64,000 nt of DNA from Amoebophrya sp. A120 (taxonomy: Eukaryota > Protista > Dinoflagellata): contig CAJINV010000021.1 of assembly GCA_905178155.1 (NCBI GenBank), positions 669,530 through 733,529 of the forward strand, read 5' to 3'. The position numbers were made by a program, and so were the translations under genes. The notes beneath the pieces were generated by a model. The model did no database searches, was not told where the DNA came from, and saw only the letters and a program-made list of their open reading frames with translations. Of the stretch, positions 13,794 through 25,452 are shown in pieces (the first letter of the stretch is position 1; the number at the start of each line of letters is the position of its first letter).

Positions 13794-16700
13794 TCAGTTG
13801 AAGTCGATAACTTCCTCCTTCGTGGAAATAAGTTCCTCCACAAAGTCCTGGGCGTCCCTCCAGCAATGACGGTCCTTGAACTTCTGCTGGGCGTCCTCCC
13901 AGCCGATCTGGGTGGCGTGGCGCATGTAGTTCGTGTTCAAAATCTGGCAAATGTTCTGGAACTCGGCGATGTGCTTTTCCTTGCTCTCCCGGTCCGCTCG
14001 TCGCTGGTTCGTCCGGGCCTCGTCATCGAGCTGGTCGAACCGGCGGCTGTGCACCTTCAACCCGGTGCGGACGTCCTTCTCGTCCTCCTTGCTGAGGATG
14101 GACGGCGGGTTCGGCCGGAAATTCACGGCGTAGAGTTTCTCAATCGACTCCTGATGGACGGGTCGGCCCTGCGGTTGGAATAAATGGGATGCATCGATAG
14201 AGATAGACATGGGAGTGGAGGGTTACTAGAGAAGTAAAGTAACATGCGACTATCAACATGCGAGAACTATAGTACTGAAGATAGCCACTCCCACTGCCAC
14301 GGTCAGTATGAAAGGATCAAAATTCAAAATTTCAGATGAAAGCGGTCTACAGACAGGAAGATCGGCCTGTATTATTTCTGGATCTGCAGTAAAAAAATAG
14401 AATAGTTAAAGTTTCTTATACCTGGAATGTCCACAACGTGAATCCTGCGTCCTGGCTCATGCTGAAATCTCTTGCGGCGGAGTCGATCGGCTGCACGACG
14501 GAAGTCAACACGTACCGCCCCCGGGCGTCCCACTCGACCTGCGTCAAGTTGACCTGTTCATCCTTGTACAACAATTCCATGGCGTTTTCCGTCTTGTCTG
14601 GATGCAGTCGGCCCCACAACAACTCCCCGGACCCGATAGCCGCGGCCACGAAGTATTGGCCTTCCGGTGCCCAGCAAACGCGGTTGTACGCCCCAGACGG
14701 GAGTTCGAAGCTCGCCACCTGCTCGCACTTGCTGTTCGCGAGGGAGTAGAACGTCAGCAGGGTTTTGCCCGCTCCGGCCTCGGTCAGGAGGGCGAATCGG
14801 TTGGACTTGGGTTCCCAGAAGAAGCCTGTTTTTTTTTATATGATTTGTCTCTGGAGGAGGTTCTTCATGTTGTAGGTTTTGAAATTGCTTGCTGCGTTAT
14901 CCCCACGTCCTGTTGATGCAGCAAAAAGCTGCAGCATGCCCGTTGGAAAACAGGAAGTGCAGCTTTATTCTTCCGCTGCTAATATTTTGCCTTTCAGCGG
15001 ATATAGAAATCCGAACCGGCAACAGCACAACATCTTCGAAACAAAAAAACGCTTGAATAGTACCTTTAATCCCCTCTTCAACTTCCACGGTCTCGACCGG
15101 GATGTTCTTTTCTCTCAACCGGAGAATATCCAGGTTCTTGGCCTTTCCCCCGGCCTGTTCCTTCCCGTCCTTGACCTTCCCCTTCTTCGCCAGCACGACG
15201 CAGAGGAAGTCACCGTTGCTCTGCCAATGCATCGTCGCATTGAAATTCAAACGGGACTTGTTGTTCAATCTGTATAATTTTGATGTTCAACGATTAAAAA
15301 TTTTCACGCACATTAAACCGTATTTCAATTTCTATACTATCCTGTTGAAAAGAGAAGCTGATAATCAACAAATAAGTGCATTCAGCTACATCTACACAGG
15401 GTCTTCAGGATAGAAGTTGAGCTTGACGTAGTAGAACAACAAACTATCTGTACGTTTGCCCGCTCGCTGCGTCGACGACAGTCAAGCACGACGGAGAGTC
15501 GTTGACTTGCGGGGACCAAACCGCAATGATGTTATCCGTTGGGGACCACTGGAAGCTGGTGATTCCGTTCTCGAACCGGAAGGGCACGGCCTCCGTCATG
15601 CCTGGCCTCTTGTAGGGTGCGCAGGACGGAAGCGAGTGGATGTGGATTTCCTTCTCGGTGCAACGGGCGAAAAACGTGCTGTCCTGACTGAAAAGCAAGT
15701 GCGGGAAGGCACCTGATTTGTAGATTTGATGTTGTGGGGTTTTGTAATTGTATACGAAATTCTTGCGGTCAAGCCTGACAAACATCTTTCTCCCGTACCC
15801 GTAACCGGAAAGAGCATTACAAATCCAAGTTTTCTTCTTGCTTGGTCTCTTCGAAATTATACCTGGCACTCCTGATGGGTTGTATTGCGGTGTGGCGATT
15901 TCCTTCAAGATGGTTCCCGACTGCACGTTCCAAATTCGGTAGGCGGACTTGTCCCCGTCCTCCTTTGGGGAGCCGTTCCAGGTGAGTAGATATTCCTCGT
16001 TGGGAGAGAACATCAACTCCTGAACTTCCTTGTGCATCAGTTTTCGCTTCTGTTCCATGTCCTTACCGCCCCACAAAGCCAGACCCGGCTTGTGGACCGT
16101 GATCAAGTAGCTGCCGTGCGGGGACCACACAACCTGTTAGTTGTACGGGAAGAGAGTGCAAGTTTCAGCTTGTAAATCAAGTTCAACATCATATAGTTGC
16201 ACATTATTCATTTAGTTGTGCATTAAGTTGTTCTTTTATGCATTTTCTGTGCAAGTAGCGTTTAGACGTATTAGGTCAATGTGAAACTCGACATATTCAT
16301 GTCCAGCAGGGAAAAGCGGGTTGATGCTGCAATCAAAAGTAAAACAGAAGAATATGAGCATGGTATTACCTTCCAGTCGCACCACACCCGGCCTTTTTGC
16401 TTTTCTCGCTCACCGCAGTAGTATGGTACCAATGCGTGCAGGGGATCGACGTGGTAGATTTCTGTCTCCTGCTGGTAACGAAGCATGATTTGCTCGCGAC
16501 CTGGTAGACGTTGGGGAGATTTGGAATTGGAATGCGTATCCATAACTAGCAAGAAGTCAATTCTCGTTCATCTTGCAGATGTTGATCCAAAACTACTCAT
16601 GATTCAACTTAGTTGTACGTCGATATGGAAATCAAAACCGTGAAGGTACTAGTCGTAGTCTCTGTGTCCCCGCCCGCAAACTTTGAAAAAAAGCGTCTGC

Positions 16701-17421
16701 ATTGTTCTTATGTGACGTCTTACCTTGATCATCCAACATCCAGTCGTTAACATCGGCGGTCAGCGCCAATGAATGACTTCCCGTGGCGGCTTGAAAGTGT
16801 TCCGGAAGCTCCATAATGGTGTCCAATTCGTCCAAAGCGAGAGCAGCGAGTTTCTGTGATTTTCAAAAAATGAGTTTGGATTGAGTTGGAAAGTCCTCCA
16901 GTTGTAGTGTCCTCGATCATCACTATGCTCGGTGGTGAGAAAATGGCCGCGTCGGTCATCAAGAGCTCCTACTATGTTCAAATGATACAGAAGTCGTAAA
17001 AACCTCACAAATCAACTAGTAAATTTCATCCTCGATAAAAAGTAGCTGTATGTACATTTGCGCCAAATTTGAAGTTGTCGATTCTTGCTTTTCCCTTTTC
17101 CATGGCGGTTTTGCTCGGGAATTTGAGGAATGCGCAGCCGTCGGTTTCGTTCGTCTTGGGGTTGATGTTCATTTCCAGCTCGAAACCCGGATCGCTGTCG
17201 TCCTTGCCGAGTTTTTTCTTGATCGCCTTCTGCAATTTTGCATATTTATCCTCCCCCTCGCCGCCTTTCGCGACCTTGGGCAGATTCAGCACCAGAAGCG
17301 TGTCGGGGAACTTCGGCTTTTCGAAAGAGGATTTCACCTCCTCCGTCTCGGAGAGGTAGCCCTCCGCTGCCGGGTCCCAATCCTCCGGGTAGGGAAACTT
17401 TGTTTTCGCAGCCGGCGCCAT
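13794..17421 (-). CDS. EIF3B: Eukaryotic translation initiation factor 3 subunit B (PRT1), multi-exon
   Basis: N-terminal RRM (LLVLNLPKV...DGCAFLKF), then DWMLDDQG|REQIMLRYQQETEI, VVWSPHGSYLITVHKPGLALWGG, MHWQSNGDFLCV, LRLREKNIPVETVE, VEWDARGRYV, FTLWTFQG and NFRPNPPSILS. The introns checked (15713-15862, 16137-16369 and the one ending near 14170) are GT-AG. Confidence 0.95.
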
Positions 17422-18680
17422 GTTTGTTCTTTTTATATCAGATGAAGTAGGGTTGATGTAAGATGATGCAATTATGTGATAGTACGACAGAGGGTAAAAT
17501 TATCCTTGACATGTACAACAGCGTATGGGGTCGCGATGTTGAAAAGGCTAATTTTATGCTAATTACGAAATAAAGCTGTTGACCAGCAGTCTTTCTACTA
17601 CCCTGTGGTCGTTTTTGCAATCAAGAAATTTGTCAAGACCACATCGGTTCGTGGCAGAGCCAGGAGCGTTAAAGGCAAAAGCCTACATGACCTTCTACCT
17701 CTAGATCTACCAATTCTTTACTGCGGGAAAGAACTCGAAAAGAAGATCAAAGAGGCACGCCGCCGTGGTCAGGGCGGACAAAAAACCATTTCTTCGTCGA
17801 GATCGTTAATTATTTATTGTTTTGGAGGCTTGATCCAGATTGTTCGCAATTCTCGGCCGCGGTAGATCTTTTCATTTTCGCGATGGTCTTCAAATGTTTC
17901 ATGCAGAGACAGCACACGGACATGGAGCGGATCTGTTTTTTTTTTCGTTAGTCTTAGTTCTAGGTTTTTGAGCGTGAAGATGCTGACAAGCACTAGTAGA
18001 ACGTCGACAAATTATGCAACTACAAGTAGCTTCTTCATCCGTCGCGCTTGTGACATAGCGGCTGCGGCACCCAGGAAAAAAATAAAACTGTTGCGTGCAT
18101 TTCTTCAGAGTTATAGTACAATCATCAAAAGAGACGCAGCCATTATTTTTCATTGTTCACAGAAGCGTTGTACACAAGAAAATCATTTGCATGCACGAGA
18201 CCTTCACTCGTAGCTCATCGAGAAGAAGAAGCGTCGGAAGACACCAGTTGTCTGCTAGTTTAACATTCAGTTTTTGTTTTCTATGTTCTCATGATAAAGA
18301 GTAAGAGTAGAGCCAGAGACACCTAATCGGCATAACCATGTGAGCAGCCAACATCAATACTGGAATACCAGTTGAGCGCGAGTTTGTATGCTCAAGAAAA
18401 TGATTTTTGCAAAGTTTTTGTACATACAGGCCTATTTTTTTCCAAAATGACGAGATCATAATCTACCTCTACATCTATCATTCGGACGAGCTCTGCCTGC
18501 GTCGCCACGAAAAATTCGACATAATTGATTCGAAAAATAACATAATTAATACATGAGGTGGCTAATAGCACTGTACTGATCCACGATCTTCTACATCACA
18601 ATCACAGAAACACATCGCATTTGCTCTTCGTTCGAAGTGGACTGCAAGCTCTGGCAACACAAGCACAACTTCCCTTCTGC

Positions 18681-21600
18681 TTACAGCCGGGTAAACGCCG
18701 GCTGCTGCAGTGGTGGAGTCCGATCGCGCGGTGGTGGCAACGGGTGGCCGAACACTTGCGGAATGAAGTTCGTAGTTGCGTTGTTCGTCCCAGTTACAGC
18801 ATGCTGACTTGGAACAAGATTCGTGCCTTGTTGTCGTGCTCCTGCTGGTGCACCACCGGCGCCACCTCTAGTACTACCACCAGGTGTTCTTGTGCCGACG
18901 TTGCCTCCTGTTCTGTTAGGAAAGATCAGATTCCAGATGGCGGCACCGCAGTTCCTCAGAAAGCACTGTCGCTCCGGCGGATCCTGGAACTGTAGTCGAA
19001 GATTGCGGGCGGGGGCTGCAGCTGTAGTACAGGTCGTTGCGGTATTAACGGCGGTAGAAGCCGCTGGTGGACAACATGTGGATCCAACTACCAACCCACC
19101 GTGGTGTCGCTCTTGCTCAACAGCTGCTGGACGAGGTTGAGAGGTTGGCGGGACGGCTGGGGCGACGGGACCCCAGCCGCGAAGAGCGCGCGTATTTGTT
19201 GCTGCTATTCTCGACGAAGCTGGCCCCGCACGATCCGCTTCATGTCCACTTCCAGTCGTGGCTGTTTTTCCATCAGGAGCTGCGGCTGCCGTGGTTGTGC
19301 TGCTTCCTCCTCTCCTGACCCAGCCACGGGGCTGCTGCTGAACCTGCTGGAGCTGTTCTGTGTCGTTTTCGACTGTGGCACTCGCTGCAGACACGGACAT
19401 CATGGCTGATCTGTCGTCATCCTCTCCTCGACTGCTGGGTTCTTGTTCTCGTCTCCCATAAGCCCGGCCGCGGAGGATCGCGGATGTTGAGGATGTTGAA
19501 GATAACCCTGTAACAGATCCGTCGACTACACGTGGCAACCGTGAAGAGGACCTTCCAGACGAATCGGAAGAGGAAAAACTTGCTTTATTCGCGGCAACGA
19601 CGTCACAATTCACAACAGGTCCTGGTCCGACGTGGGGATGATCAGCAGCGGAACGAGCAGTAACATCATCCTCATCTTCACCCGCCCTGCACCCTGGGTA
19701 CCACGGTGGTTTGTCAATCATAATCAACCTCCAGTCTCTTATCCCAGATTCCCGCTCCAACGCTCTAGAGTTACCCCGCTGGCTGTTCAGAGCCGCGTTT
19801 TTCTCGTCAGTGACGCGAACTGATTCCCGCACCTGGTCGGCGTACAACTGCAAAATGACAAACGTGGAAAGAGGCGGGAGAAACTCCTTCATGTCGTCCT
19901 GCAAGTACTGAAACATTCGCGGAAACGTCGGACGGAAGCTGGGGTCAGGGCGGTACTGGTCCACAACGGCGCTATTAGAAGACGACCCAGTGGTGGTCGC
20001 CGCTGCTCGTCCCGAATCAGGAGGGATTGTGCTTGCACCCTCGACGTGGACTTGTTCTTGCCCCGAAACTACACTGCTGGATGGGGAACTACCACTGCTC
20101 GTCTTCTTGGTCGCCCCTATTTCCGTCCAGTCCTGCAGTACCTCGAGCACGTGGCCACGCTCCTCCGGGATGGGGTTTAGCATCTTTCGCAGCGCTACGA
20201 TCATCCGCTTCAGTTCAGCTTGCAGTTGGACGTGCTCGGGAGTCCGCAGGCCGGGGAGATTTTGCAAGCTGGTTTGCACTCGCTGGACCACGTCTTTGAA
20301 ATAAAGCTGCTTGTAACTATGAAGTCCCGCCATCATTTCCGCGGCGGCGTTATCCAGCTGGGTGGCGAATTCGTGTTGCTCAATGGCCCGCTTTTTCCGC
20401 TCCGCATCCGCTTTGCGCTGCTCCTCAACCTGCGAGGAGAAAGTCTGCAGAGAGGAGATCGGCTGCGTCCTCCTGTGCGATGGCGGAACGAGAGGTCCTC
20501 TTGCAGCTCGGGGATGTTGATCGGCGTTTGTGCTAGCGTGGCTGTTGACCATCTGGCTCACTACCGTAAATTCGGGGAAATGCAGGGCATTGAGTTGCTG
20601 CGAGCGTTCTTGCTGTTGCTGCTGCTGGTGTGCAGCGGTAGTGGTTGAAACAGACGACGTCCCCATCACCACGTCTGAAGCAGTACTGGAAGGATCGCGC
20701 ACTTGTAGTTCTTGCTGGGTCCGCATCTCCATCTGCATCTGCTGCTGTGCTGCTCCGACTTTGAACGAGTACTGTCCGGGAAGCGGTGCACCAGCTCGGT
20801 CTACTTGGTACGCTTTCGCTTTCAGTTCCAGGGGCAGGCGCAGCTCGTGATACACCCGCTCGGAGTACAGGTCGGTATCAACTGCAAAAATGTAAAGGAT
20901 GCGAACTTGTGATGCGTGTTGCGGATCATACAGAGATCTGCGTTGCATGACTTGCAAAAGGTCCCCATTTCTGGCCATGCTGAGAGGGCATTTCTCATGC
21001 AGAATAGGCAACACCAAGGGGCTGCAGAATCTGTGATGCTAGGCCCTGCATTCCAGACTTGGCGGAGCTTGGAAAAACTGCATGACAAATCTCGGAATCT
21101 TCCAGACCCAGACATTTTTGCACTTGATAGTCGGTCCCCCGCAGCGATTTCCCATTCTCAGTCGGACCCAACACCGGCGAGGGGATAAGTTCGCGCTCCG
21201 GCGGGAAGAGCGCCTTGAGAATGTCAAGCATGATTAACCCGACGCTCCAAACGTCAATTTTGTGCGTCCACGCAATCGTGTTCTGGTCGTCAATCATACT
21301 GGAAGAACGACTCGATTGTGCAGTAGACGAAGCAGCAGCAGCGGTCGTGCCGCCGATTCGCACACTCGTTCCTGCCGCCGCCGCGCCACTTCTGCTTCGC
21401 GAGTATCCTGTTTTGCACGCAGCTGCGCCGGTGAGGCAATTGTTGATGCCCGTGCCGATAATTTCATACGGCAAGCGGCGCGCGCAGTCGTTGTTGACCT
21501 CTGGCGCTCGGTACGCCGGGGTTTGAACAAGCATCTCGCCGTGCCGATGCGGCTCCAAGTACAGTTCCGGATATTGCTGCTGTGTCGTCGTGGTGGATGT

Positions 21601-24578
21601 CAGCACGGAAGACGCCGGCGTCATAACAGTTGAACTGGAACTGCTTCTGCTTTGAAAGCTACTTGTGGCCGAGGCCGCCAGGGCCGCCGCGCCACTTGTG
21701 CCTGACAAGGCGAAAGAACCCCCTTCATCGTTGCCATGTGGCGAATAGACTTGCTCGTCATACGCATGTCTCCCGACCTGCGCCATGCCAAAATCAGCGA
21801 GCCGCAGCCGTGGTCGATTCAGATGCGGGGAGGGTTCGGCGCGGGGCGCGCCTCCGCTGCGCATCAGCCGTGTTGAGTTGGTCGTGCGTCCCAGACTCGC
21901 AATCGTATCTTGCCGCATGTGTACGCGCCCGCAAACCAGGACGTTCGCCGGCTTGAGGTCGCGGTGCACCGTGCCGTGTTTGAACAGGTGCGCTACGCCG
22001 TGCAGCAAGTCAGATCCAAAACCGAGCGCCAGCTGCCACCGCACGTCGGCACGTTGCTGGTGCCACCACTGCAGCTCGTCACCCGTTAGCAACCATTTCC
22101 GCAGGTCCTGGTCGGCGCAGCCAAGGAGAGTCTGTAAATTGGTTGAGAGCAAATTCACAAATCTGCACATAATATCAACTTGTTCATATTGGAAAGTAAA
22201 ACGCCTACGGTATTCACAAGGCAGGAGCGATTAGAAAAAATGGGCGCATCCTCGTCCGCCTTGTTCATCTACAAAATACATGTGCATGTGAAGCTCCTGA
22301 TCTGTCGCTGTCCGGCCCGAGGCGAAAACCCAAGTACGTCACCAAATTCGGGTGGGGCGGCAAAACGGTTTGCAAGAGCGCAATTTCGCGAACGTTTTGC
22401 ACATCCGAATCGTGGTCGGAATACAGGCGCCAGGATTTCACTGCCCGGCTATCGAGCTCACCGACGGGAGCAGCTGCCCCGTAATGGGCTGGAGGCAGGT
22501 CTCCGCGAGAAGGGATTAAATTATTGGCCTTCTTGTCCACCCCCGCGACCCGCACCTCGCCATAGGAGCCGCCGCCAATCTGACGCTCAACGAAGTCCGT
22601 GCGCCTCGCAGAGTGGATGTACTGTCTGGGGCGCAAGGCGGGGCTGGTGCAGATTTGCAGCAGACGAAAGTCTTGTGCTCGAAGGTCTAAAGAGCCTCGT
22701 AATGTGTTCTTGTCGTGCTCCTGCTGGTCGTGCAGCTGCCCAGAGCCACCAGTTCTAGCAGGGCAAGTAAGACCACTTCTGCTTTTGTTTCTGTAATCCA
22801 CTAACTCGCCAAACTTCCGCGTGATATGCGTTTTCGCGAGCCCGACGACGGCAGTGGCAAACACCTTTGCGTCCTGAAAATCACTATTGGCTTTCTCTAC
22901 TCGGTAGAGATCACGTTCTTGCAGCCCGGATTTTGAATCTTCTTCGCGCAGGCCTTGATACATCGCTTCTACGTACCGGTACGTACCTTCCAGTGCATTG
23001 GGCGGCAGCGCCAGGAAGCACTCCTTCGCGCACCTTTGTGCAAGGCGCGCAAACTGAACTTCGCCCGCGGGCCCCGCGAATTCGTCTGGGTTGCTGTGCT
23101 TCAGCGATGCTTTCGCGGTGCAGGACGGATGCGTGGTCATGTGGTTTCCGGCGTTCTCCGGCGGCCCGCAGTCTCGGAAACACCAGTCGCCGGCGAGGAG
23201 GTGGCCGAATTTGGTCGGCAGGGATTTTGAGCGCGGCTTGGCAAACCGTGGAGAACTTATTTGAGAAAGGCCTTTGCCTGTTTCATCGTCCTCCTCACCG
23301 GTGCTACTTGCCCGGCTCGAGGCGGACGATGAAGCTGTCCCGGGCACGGTGGTCGAGTCGGTGCTGGCAAGCAGATCAGGGGTGCTCGGGCGGCTGGAAC
23401 TAGAATTATCATGGGTTATTTGCTCATCCCTTTTCTGCTTTGTGTAGTGCACTTTGCTTTTCACTCCCGGTAGATGAAGTAGGTCGGGGACGCCGCGACC
23501 GGAGGGAATAGAAGTGCGATCGCCTCCTGTAGTCGTTAATCTGTCCCCTTGAGACGATGAGGGGAGAGATGAAAGCTCGCTGCCAATGATCGTGGTAGTG
23601 GAGGTCGATTTGACATCGCGCAGAAGAGCACCTGCATGGTCGTGGTCGGCCGGTGTTCCAGCCTCCGGCTTCGCATCTGGCAGGGACGCCTCCTCCTGCT
23701 TCGTTTTCTTTTCGGAAACAACCACCGGATGATGTTGAGTGTCTGGAACTACGCCCCGCTCTGGTTGAGGCTCTACTGTCCCACCTCGTTCTCGTTCAGT
23801 GGCAGCAGCATTATTTCCACCATTTCGTTCTACCGCAACCGGAACCATCGCCCTGTTTCTCAGTGTAGTTCCTCTCGTCGGCGTGTCTTGACGACTTCGC
23901 AACGTCCCCATGCTCTTCGGCCTTCGCGGCAGCACACGTCCTGCCGCTGGAGCTGCCATGCGAGATGAAGTTGTTGATGCTGCTGCCCCCGCCGCGGCGG
24001 AACTTGTTGCACCACCCCCTCCTGCGGCGGTGCGCAGCACATCGGAAAGCGGCCCCGCGGGTTGATGTCCAGCACCGGGAATTATTCCTCCTCTACTGCT
24101 CCGCCCTCGTTGGTGCTCGTCTACGGAGCCACCCCTCCGACTGGACCGGCTTGGTACAGCCGCATGATCGCGGTCGAAAGTTGCCCGAGTGGTCGGCCTA
24201 TGAACTGCAAAAGCATCGCACTCGTAGTAATTGCAGTCATGCGCTACAAGTCTTTTTCTTGAGTGAAATCCGCATTACAAATTTTATTTCTCATGCTGAG
24301 GAAATTTGTAATGCATTTATACGAGTACGATACTTATTTTGCAATGCATATGGCCAAGGCCCCACACCATCCCAGCTCGGCTCGTCCGAGTTGGAATTGG
24401 GGGCGGGCCGGTAAAAATACGTTTTTCTTTTTTCTAGATGCAAACAGTCAACAGCGGGGTGCTGAAAAACGTTCTTGAACAGGACGAGCTGCAGGGCCGA
24501 CAAAGAAAACTTCACTCGGGCCGGCGGTCGCAGCTCCCTCGTCGGCCGGGAGGAGGAAGATGCCGAGGAGGAGCCCAT
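18681..24578 (-). CDS. Ser/Thr protein kinase, CMGC/CDK-like, with long low-complexity extensions
   Basis: Motifs IGGGSYGEV, AVK, VREIALL...HPNLV, VHRDLKPANVL, LADFGMA, VQTPAYRAPEV and KIDVWSVGLI. Exons are joined by introns 24198-24354 (GC-AG introner), 22132-22279 (GT-AG) and a 259-nt non-canonical introner near 20871-21134. Confidence 0.9.
20876..21129. mobile_element. Introner/MITE, family B
   Basis: TSD gtcgg at 20871-20875 and 21130-21134. Termini tatcaactgcaaaaatgt / acatttttgcacttgata. Removing 259 nt fuses LRGTD|LYSER. No GT/GC-AG register exists within the TSD. Confidence 0.92.
24199..24350. mobile_element. Introner/MITE, family A
   Basis: TSD cggcc/tggcc at 24194-24198 and 24351-24355. 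Removing 157 nt gives DGVGPWPTTRA. Readable as GC-AG. Confidence 0.9.
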
Positions 24579-24669
24579 CCTTAGGTTAGTTAGCAGATGG
24601 GCCGGACGTTTGCGTTTTGTATACCAATTTCAATAGATGTTTGTTGTTCAACTTCAAAATATTGTGGTG

Positions 24670-24691
24670 CTTTTTGCAAAAAGGCTACGGT
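24670..24691 (-). other. Degenerate relic of the dinoflagellate spliced leader (DinoSL)
   Basis: Minus strand reads ACCGTAGCCTTTTTGCAAAAAG against DinoSL DCCGTAGCCATTTTGGCTCAAG: 17/22 ungapped. It lies ~90 nt upstream of the kinase ATG on the same strand. Confidence 0.55.
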
Positions 24692-25452
24692 ACGTTAATG
24701 CACATTTCGCAGATCCAAAATATCTCTGAAATAAATCCTAGACGGAGTTGTATAGATGAAGAGAAATGATGTATAATCGGATATTGTCCGATATGAAAAC
24801 CGTGAGCCGAAATCGATCGAACGATTCTCTACATAAAACAGCGGCTTCCTCGTGCAAAAAGGATAATAAAGAAAAGATGTCAGCAGTTTTTCGGTGCGGG
24901 TGCTCTTCTAAATTAGATCGTGGCTGACTCAACAGGATTGGAACTGGGTATTGCACTTGTCGTCCTACTACTAATGTAGCTACCCCGTATTTTACTGCTA
25001 GTTCTAATCTTATTCATCGTTGTCATGAGTTACCTTACTCCTCTACCTCTAGCGATCTTGTTTACGTGGCACGGACGGAATATCTTGAATAGCGCAGCAC
25101 TAAGAAGTGAGATCCTTCCGATGGGGCGACATATTCGCAACATAACATCTACCGTTACTAGATCATGAACTACGTTGCGCATCTACTATCCTGTTGCTCA
25201 ATGTGCCATTCAGGCTAGAGATCTGGTCAGAGTGAGAGTGACGAAAACCAATGCCAAGAACTGAAAAACGTTGCATAGTCTAGAACTGCGACACAGCATG
25301 AAGTTTGTAATCTTTGATCATCAATCTTCAAGGACATTTCGGAACACGATGAAGACACAGGACAAAATTATAATATAGGGATTATTTGTTTCTTTCTTCA
25401 CTATAATCTTGTACTTAGGACGTCTGCGCCTGTAGAAAAATACAAATGCGTT

